A stretch of 63,838 bases of DNA, filler included, from Kipferlia bialata (lineage: Eukaryota), in the NCBI GenBank assembly GCA_003568945.1. It is 4 parts of 3 records of this genome, joined end to end, with 100 filler letters (N's around TTAATTAATTAA, not from the genome) between each part and the next. Parts side by side here need not be neighbours in the genome. Positions count along the whole stretch, not along the records: positions 46,908 to 59,962 come from BDIP01000112.1; positions 60,063 to 63,838 come from BDIP01000195.1; 2 more parts are not named here. The stretch is one strand, 5' to 3'. Of this stretch, positions 56,487-63,838 are shown piece after piece (position 1 is the first letter of the stretch; the number at the start of each line of letters is the position of its first letter). The translations under genes and the position numbers were made by a program. Under the pieces are notes generated by a model. That model made no database searches. It was given only the letters and a program-made list of their open reading frames with translations, and was not told the DNA's origin.

Positions 56487-58673
56487 GCCTCAGGGAAGGG
56501 AACTGGGATTGACTGCCTGGACATATGAAAGTGAGGGATAGGATGGACATATGAAAGTGAGGGATAGGATGGGATAGGTGTGTGCACCTCGTGGTCTGGG
56601 ACCAGGAGCGTGACTGTCATGACGTAGGAGCCAGTCTTCTTGTCTCGCACAGTCCGCACCCTGCGTCAGATCACAGATCACAGATCAGAATATATATCAT
56701 ACAATATACTTCAAACAGAATATATCCAGGGCGACAAGGGCAAGAGAAGGGTGCAGGACACAATGCCACTTAACAGGGTATCAGCCCAATGAAATAGAGT
56801 TGAAGGATAGATGAGTGTCAGAGTAGATCAGCACAGTGTCAACCAGAGATGGAGAGGCCCCAGTTGACATCCCCCTCCTGGCACATATCTATATATCTAT
56901 ACAGATAATACAGATCGGAGACCACCTGACATCCCCTTCCTGGCACATCTGCAGAATGCGGCGCCTCTCCTTGGGGGGCACCACGGACAGAGACGGGATG
57001 TCCAGCAGGGCAGACCCAAACCTAGCAGTGAGGCAGACTGATGAGGGGACCCACCCGTATCCAACAGCCAGAGGCATACAGTTGGACCATGTGGAGAGTA
57101 TATCACACATATGCACATATATACACATGGCCCATCCCCCCCCTGCATACCTGACCACCGGGATGGGCATGGAGGTGGCAGAGGCTGCAGCGCTGGACCG
57201 GGCCTGGTCGAGGGCAGCCGTAGAACGAGCTAGGGTTGGACAGAGAGAGACAGAGAGAGGAACTAGTAGAGGTAATGCGAAGAGAGAGTCATTGGCACCA
57301 TCACACGCGAGCCCCTCCCAATCATCCTGTGCACTACAACCGATACGGCCTTCACAGAAACATCATACATACCTACACCCCTGTACCGCTTGAGAACAGC
57401 CTCTGCGTCGGCCTCTGCCCGTGCGTCTGTGCCTAAGAGGGTATCGGGGTCAGGGTCGCCCCCTCGCGTGATGCTCTCGATCTCTGCCTCTCTCTCCCTC
57501 CTAATGGCAGCCTCTCTCTCATCTACCCCTGCCAGGTCACTCATGCGACAGGTCTGATCCTGCCGCACAGTGTCACCCACATCGGGTATCACATCGGGTA
57601 TCACATCGGGTATCACATAGGAGACAGAGGCAGCAAGCGAGGAGGCCATCTAGGGTGGGAGAGAGTGGAAGACTGACTGCATCGCAATGAATACATAGAA
57701 ATATGATTATACTATACATATACTGAAATACACTCTCACACACATTCAAAATGGCATATGGAAATGAACACACTCATGCATATCCATATACAACTGGCCA
57801 CATACCGGGGGATGGGGCATGACCACCGGGGGCAGTGCGTGTGGGGTGTCGACAGGGGACAGGTCCTGCCCCATGGAGTGTACACCGTAAAGGTCAACCT
57901 GCGGGTCGACAGACGGGTCGGGTACACTGAGAGACAGCTGGTGGACACTGGCCCTCACCCGCTGCCTCTCCTTCTCCTGGTCCCTCTCCCTCTCCCTCTC
58001 CCTCTCCCCCTCCCTCTCCCTGCCCTGGCTGCCCTGGGCCAGGGCCAGGTCCAGCAGAGCCTCGGCACTGAAGCCACCCACACGCTCTCTCTCTCTCTGG
58101 GGGTCGGCTGATACTGGTACTGATACCGACGATGAGAGAGTCCCTGTCCCCGGAGATTGAGAGGGAGGGGACTGGCGCATGGCTGGGATGGAGTAGCTGG
58201 GGTGAGCAGGAGTCAGGTGCACTGAACACATATGAAGGGACAGATGTACGGCAGAGGAGTGGAAGTAAACACTAAGAGGAATTGGGCGCATCAGTGGGAG
58301 AGGTTTGAGACTACTGGAGGGTGGGGTACACACCCTCACAAGACAGGGCATGAGAGATGGATCATGAGAGGAACACTCTAACCAAATATGACAACACAGT
58401 GAAACAATAACAGTAATCCACCATATGGTTTACATGCCCCACTCACCGATACGCGTGTATGAGAGACTCCTCTGCATCGGCCTGTTCCTGTGAGATTGCA
58501 GGAGACTGGCCATGGGCTCCATACACACTCTGGGGGGAACGGCTCAGGCCACTGGCTGCCCCCGTGAATGGAGACTCATCCCTAAGGAGCCGAGCACTTC
58601 TAACCTCCCCATCACTCTCAGGCTTCCCATAGTTCATAAACACCCCTAAGAGTCTGTCATAGGTTTCGGCCAT
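51189..58673 (-). CDS. Large, mostly disordered multi-exon protein with a short TSNAXIP1-like helical segment
   Basis: ATG at 58673 (MAETYDRLLGVF) and about 20 exons. Segment QTLSAFLSVFL..KRYGLPNIVLKHAKELVLSIE lies near 55150-55430. Ends ...FAGFDTDEDEDE* at 51189. Could be two genes. Confidence 0.55.
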
Positions 58674-59004
58674 CAAGGTATCTCAGTGCCCAACTCGCCC
58701 AAGAGGCTGGATGCCCACTGTGCAACTGGCACGATGATTGCAGCCGCTAACACCGCTAGGCCACTGAAGGGTAGGTCCAGGCACCTCGAGTACTGAGAAC
58801 CGACAGAAGCACTAGAGAGTGGTGCACTGTTTCATGCCAACCTGCTTTCTGATTCCTCTTCGAAATTCAAAAATTGAAAATTGAAAGTTGATTGGTTCGG
58901 TCATGAATCATGACGCAAAACCACCTCTCTAGGGCTTCAGGGCACATAATCTGAGAGAGAGAGAGTGTACAGACATCCTTAATCCACTAGTTGTGCCTTC
59001 TAAG

Positions 59005-59860
59005 ATGGAGGCTCTCGTTGCGAAGACGATAGGCCAGGTTCGCATGACATGGCAGAACCTTGGCCTCTCTGCAGAGGAGGTACTGGAGCGTGAGAATCAG
59101 CTGAATTCCATTCTGCAGGAGGCAGCATCCAAGTACGTCGCTGACCAGAATGCAGAGCTTAGCGCTGTGTTCGAGCAGACTGAGGTGATGATTGATGAGG
59201 CCAGACAGTCACTCAAGAGGTTGGGCAGGGCCGACAAGCTAGGTATTTGAGACATCTGGTGTATATGTGTGACTGCTAGACTGGAGAATCGGGAGCATGG
59301 GTGGTGGTTGTGCACGGATCTGTTGTTGGATGAATCTCTGCGATGCAGGCGCAATTGTGTTGAGAGTACACTGTCTATGTACATGCCCACCTACTCTAAC
59401 TGCGCACTTTGACACACATTATCTTTTGTGATTGAGTGTTCCTGATGGTATTCATGCTGTTAGGTGCATTAGTATGTGTGACATCGTGTCTGGGAGACAT
59501 TCAATCCAATTTTGTCTCCACTGATATCAGGGGCCGAGCCCTTTGCCAACACCGAGCATGCCAGGGGGAGACTCAATGCCGCCCAGGACTACCTGGCCAA
59601 GGTCAATGCCACAGTGGCTGCCAGGGAGGTATGGGACATGCGTCTGGTGTAGTGTGTTGCAGTGGGTGTCCGGCTCTATTGACACCTCTCAACCTTGCCA
59701 TGCTTTATGTAGTGTGTGTAGTATAGTCACCACATGGCTCTGCCCGTACACACCATACTACTCTGGCACTCTTTTGGAGATGTTGTGTCACTCTACTCTT
59801 CCCTCACGCTCAGACTGAGTTCTCCAAGCTGATGGACCAATACACGGCCCTCTGCACAAG
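59005..59860 (+). CDS. MAP65/Ase1/PRC1 microtubule-bundling protein N-terminus, 3' truncated
   Basis: MEALVAKTIGQVRMTWQNLGLSAEEVLERENQLNSILQEAASKYVADQNAE... matches the L..IW..IG....ER...L pattern of this family. Three exons precede the contig end. Confidence 0.65.
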
Positions 59861-59910
59861 GTAAGGACTGGGCCCCATTGTGGTTATGGGACAGACTATG
59901 AATATCGGTA

Positions 59911-59962
<52 letters not shown>

Positions 59963-60006
59963 NNNNNNNNNNNNNNNNNNNNNNNNNNNNNNNNNNNNNN
60001 NNNNNN

Positions 60007-60018
60007 TTAATTAATTAA
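60007..60018. other. Artificial contig linker
   Basis: TTAATTAATTAA within an N run. Confidence 0.95.
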
Positions 60019-60461
60019 NNNNNNNNNNNNNNNNNNNNNNNNNNNNNNNNNNNNNNNNNNNNAATTTGTGTTTTTTATTTTTTTTTCCCCCCCCCCCCCC
60101 CCTCTCCTCTCTCTCTATTTCTCCAGCAACATCCACTACACAATGTGTCTCAGAGTGTTCGCTGTCATTAGTTGATGATAGAGTCATCAAGCTATTGTCT
60201 CTCTCTCAACCCAAGTCATCCATTTGCCGTATGTCTTTCCCTCTCTACTATTCGCCTGTGATGCACACTGTATATATTTACTCATCTTACAGTCATTATG
60301 TTCAATCAGTAGTACCAATCCCCCTCCCCCCCCCCTCTCCTCCCCGCTCTCTGCCCCTTTGAGAACATACCATCCTGTCAGTGTGTTCCCCAGCTATGCC
60401 CTGTCTCTCTCTGTCCCTCTCTGTCTCTCTCTCTCTCTATATATATATATTCTAACCCTAG

Positions 60462-61377
60462 GGCCATCCTGTCCACCTATGCTGTGCACAAGGGGAAGTC
60501 ATCTGAATTCATCAAGTACCAGGTGGGATATAGTGTACTACTATTGTGTACATATACTGGTGTGTCTATCTATGTGTCTCACCCCCAGCCCCTGTGGGTC
60601 AAGAGGACCATGCTGTGGTCATGGCTGGTGGTGGCATCCACGTTCCTGGTATTCCTAGCCAGTACGTTATAATATATAAAGTATATATAGTATATTATGT
60701 GTATGTATTTATATTCATGCTGTGGTCCTGGCTGGTGGTGGCATCCACATTCCTGGTATTCCTGGCAAGTATGTGAACTCTATGAGTCATTGTTTTTCTC
60801 TTTTCTTATCAAGCACGCAGTGATGTATTTATGATATGCATCATTTGTTCTCCGTCACTCGAGGCCTCACCTCTGTATTATACATTCAATTTGTATTATA
60901 TCTATTCCTCACCCCAGGCATGATGGTGTCACCTGGGGGGGATGTGAGGTTCTACCAGGTATGGGTGCATATGCAGACACTGACTGTCTCTGTATCCCTG
61001 TGTGTAGACACTGACTACTAGACCACCTATTCTTTGACCTACTACCGGCCCATAGTGTATACAATATCCCTTGCTCTCTATACACTCTTGACAACTAATG
61101 GACATAACTTTGGCCACCTATCTCCTCTTTGACCATCAAAGTATTCTATTATCACTATATGTAAATGTACTTACCCTTATCTATGTATTATCACTATATG
61201 TAGCTGTTCTTTCCCCAGGCCACCTACCTTCTCTTTGACTTTGCCCAGCCGATGGGACCTGTGCTGGGGACAGGGCAGTACGGGCCCATGATTAAGGTAA
61301 GTACATATATGTATATGTATACTGTATGCATATATATGTACTGGGGAATGGGCAGTACGGGCCCATGATTAAGGTAG

Positions 61378-61416
<39 letters not shown>

Positions 61417-63541
61417 CTATATTTATATATACACACATGTATATATGCATGTGTACTATGGACAGGGCAGTACGGACCAATGATCAAGTCAAATGCATAT
61501 AGTGATACATATATATGCATATATGATTATATCTGCATATGTATGTTCTGGGCACAGGACAGTACTTGCCCATGACATATATTTTCATACACATACATTC
61601 ACATAACTAAGGAGTTTTTACGTCTCATATCAGTCCTTCACCAATTGCTTTGGGGTGATAAGTTGTGTATACTCATGTGAGAATTGTATCATATATATAT
61701 TGATGTGTATACATATATAATGACCTCACCCCAGTCCTTCATCAATGCCTTTGGGGTGTTTGTGCCCACAGTGGCCACAAAGGGGAGGACACTAGTCATC
61801 ACGACACTATACGGTACGTATGGTACATGTACGATATATACTATATATGCACATTGTCTTTGTACTATACACAGTGGCCATCAAGGGCAGGACACTAGTC
61901 ATCACGACACTATATGGTATGGCAGTAGTACTGTACCTCGCAAATTTGATAGAGTGGATAATGAATGCTTATGCGTATATATCCCTTCTGACCCCCAGCT
62001 GTCTTTGCCTCTTCGTCCTGGATGATATGTATTAGTATATACATAATTATCATGGAAGCAACATACTCATATTACACATAATCCTCTCACCGCCAGCTGT
62101 CTTTGCCTCTGTCCCTAGTTGCTATATATAGTGGGTGTTTGTATCATACGTTTCTATATGTGTATATATTTTTTAGCCCTTCTCACCCCCAGCTGTCTTT
62201 GCCTCTGTCGTAGTGGTTTATTGTCATAATAGGACATGACTCTGTCATATATATATATGTATATAGTATTTTACCCTTCTCACCCCCAGCTGTCTTTGCC
62301 TCTGTCGTTGTGGTATAATGTCATTATAGGATATACATTTGTCATATATATATATGAGAGAGAGTATATCTTCTCACCCCCAGCTGTCTTTGCCTCTGTC
62401 GTTGTGGTGGTCGGGTGCTACACATCACTCCTCATGGTATGTGGACATACATACACACACATATACATACAAACATTCATAATACAGTCCATATCTCACT
62501 GTGTGCTTCTAACTCTAATACATCACTCCTAATGGTATGTGGACATACCAAGCACACATGCATTCATAGTATTTCCATATATACTTAATTACTAAATACT
62601 TAATATAGTGTGGTAGTATTATGTATCTATCCTCTATACCTCTCTCCCTAGTTCCTCAACACCCTTGACATTGGACACACACCGACACACATACATACAC
62701 GTTAGAATATGTATATATATCTGTACATAGTGTGGCAGTATCTCTCACTGTGTGTCTCTCACCCTAGTACCTGAACACCCTTGACCAGACAGATGCCATT
62801 GAGTGGCTGATCAGACCATGGGGGATGGAGGTGTGTATTTGTGCGTGTGTATATATATATAGAGAGAGAAGGGTATATATATATGTAGACATTTGTGTTG
62901 GTAAGAGTGAGTAATTGTTGAGTGGCTCTTCAGACCTTGGGGCATGGAGGTATAGTACTGTAAATGAATACAGGTACACTATACCCAAACACTATATGCA
63001 AACATATACACATTCAATAATGGTCTATACGCAAGTTAGTTGAGTGGCTGATCAGACCCTGGAGCATGGAGGAATATATGTATGTATATTTCCCTTCAAT
63101 ACTTGTATGTATGCATGGTGTTTTATGTGTCTCACCCCAGCTTGGTGACCTGACTTTGACTCTGCTCACATTCCTGGCCAGGTATAGTGAGGATGTATAT
63201 ATGCTATGGAACCTGCATACATCTGTGCTCATATTCCGATCATTCTATTTGGCCATATTGTTGCTCACAATTACGTCTCATGCCTTATCATCATATATAT
63301 AAATGTATACTATATATATATACCATATATATCATATGCCTAATCTCAGGTGTGACTCCACCAACATGTCCCTCCTGGCCCTGATACTGATATAATCACT
63401 CACATCCTATATATGATTCGTCCAATTATATATGACTATTCATTGTTTTCCCATTCCTCTTACCACAGATGTGACTCCACCAACATGTCCCTCCTGGCCC
63501 TGATACTGATATGGCTGGTGGTGACACTCAAGGTCAAGAAG
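60462..63541 (+). CDS. Multi-pass membrane protein, partial at both ends
   Basis: Hydrophobic spliced exons: TMLWSWLVVASTFLVFLA, LVITTLY|AVFASVVVVVGCYTSLLM, LGDLTLTLLTFLA and MSLLALILIWLVVTLKVKK. Confidence 0.65.
61990..62436 (+). repeat. Intronic array of acceptor plus exon-start copies (cccAG|CTGTCTTTGCCTCT)
   Basis: Units at about 61992, 62092, 62186, 62282 and 62377; only the last is a full exon. Confidence 0.88.
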
Positions 63542-63838
63542 GTGAGTCAAGGGAGTATATATATATTTATTGTATATACTATATATATTGATTGCATATA
63601 CTATATTCATATATATACATATATGTTGATAGTGTTATGCTGATTTGGCTGGTGGTGACACTCCAGGTCTAGAAGGTAGGAAGACATTGCAATATATATA
63701 TGTATGGTAGAACTTTCCTATGCGCCCGCATATGAATACTCAAGACAGGTATATGACCACACATCCTCATCCAGCTTACCCCAGATAGAACAGACCCAAC
63801 CCCCCCCCCCCCCCCCTTCCCCCTTTTTTCACAAATTT

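Noticed and set aside
57580..57617. 12-nt tandem repeats (VIPD x3; also MHAP x3 at about 51760 and 9-mers at about 44790)
   Set aside because: Ordinary slippage minisatellites with no further structure.
58861..58896. CHR-like TTTGAA and CCAAT motifs upstream of the MAP65/PRC1-like gene
   Set aside because: These are short motifs expected by chance in AT-rich DNA, and CHR regulation is established mainly in animals.

Overview
Eukaryotic genomic DNA, very intron-rich, with AT-microsatellite-rich introns. Splice sites are GT...AG, with the branch point (CTAAC/CTCAC) fused closely to a CCCCAG-type acceptor, and exons carry many (GA)n-derived ERERE runs. This style suggests a free-living fornicate/metamonad such as Kipferlia (inference). 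The window is four contigs joined by N-TTAATTAATTAA-N linkers (31269, 46852, 60007). I assembled about 18 spliced genes by eye, including an RNI-like LRR protein with a barstar-like N-terminal exon, several Kelch/beta-propeller proteins, a probable M1AP-like meiotic protein, a secreted GH32 invertase, ESCRT-III Vps2/CHMP2, DEAD-box helicase DBP8/DDX49, a MAP65/PRC1 N-terminus and several unknowns. The most striking signal is that introns of several genes hold arrays of 3-8 partial copies ('echoes') of the neighbouring exon edge together with its splice site. Donor echoes lie after the full exon and acceptor echoes before it. In the clearest arrays the copies differ almost only at synonymous codon positions, although they appear unable to splice as independent exons. 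Most six-frame ORFs (YIYIYI, SLSLSL) are microsatellite noise. Coordinates were read manually and may be off by a few bases.
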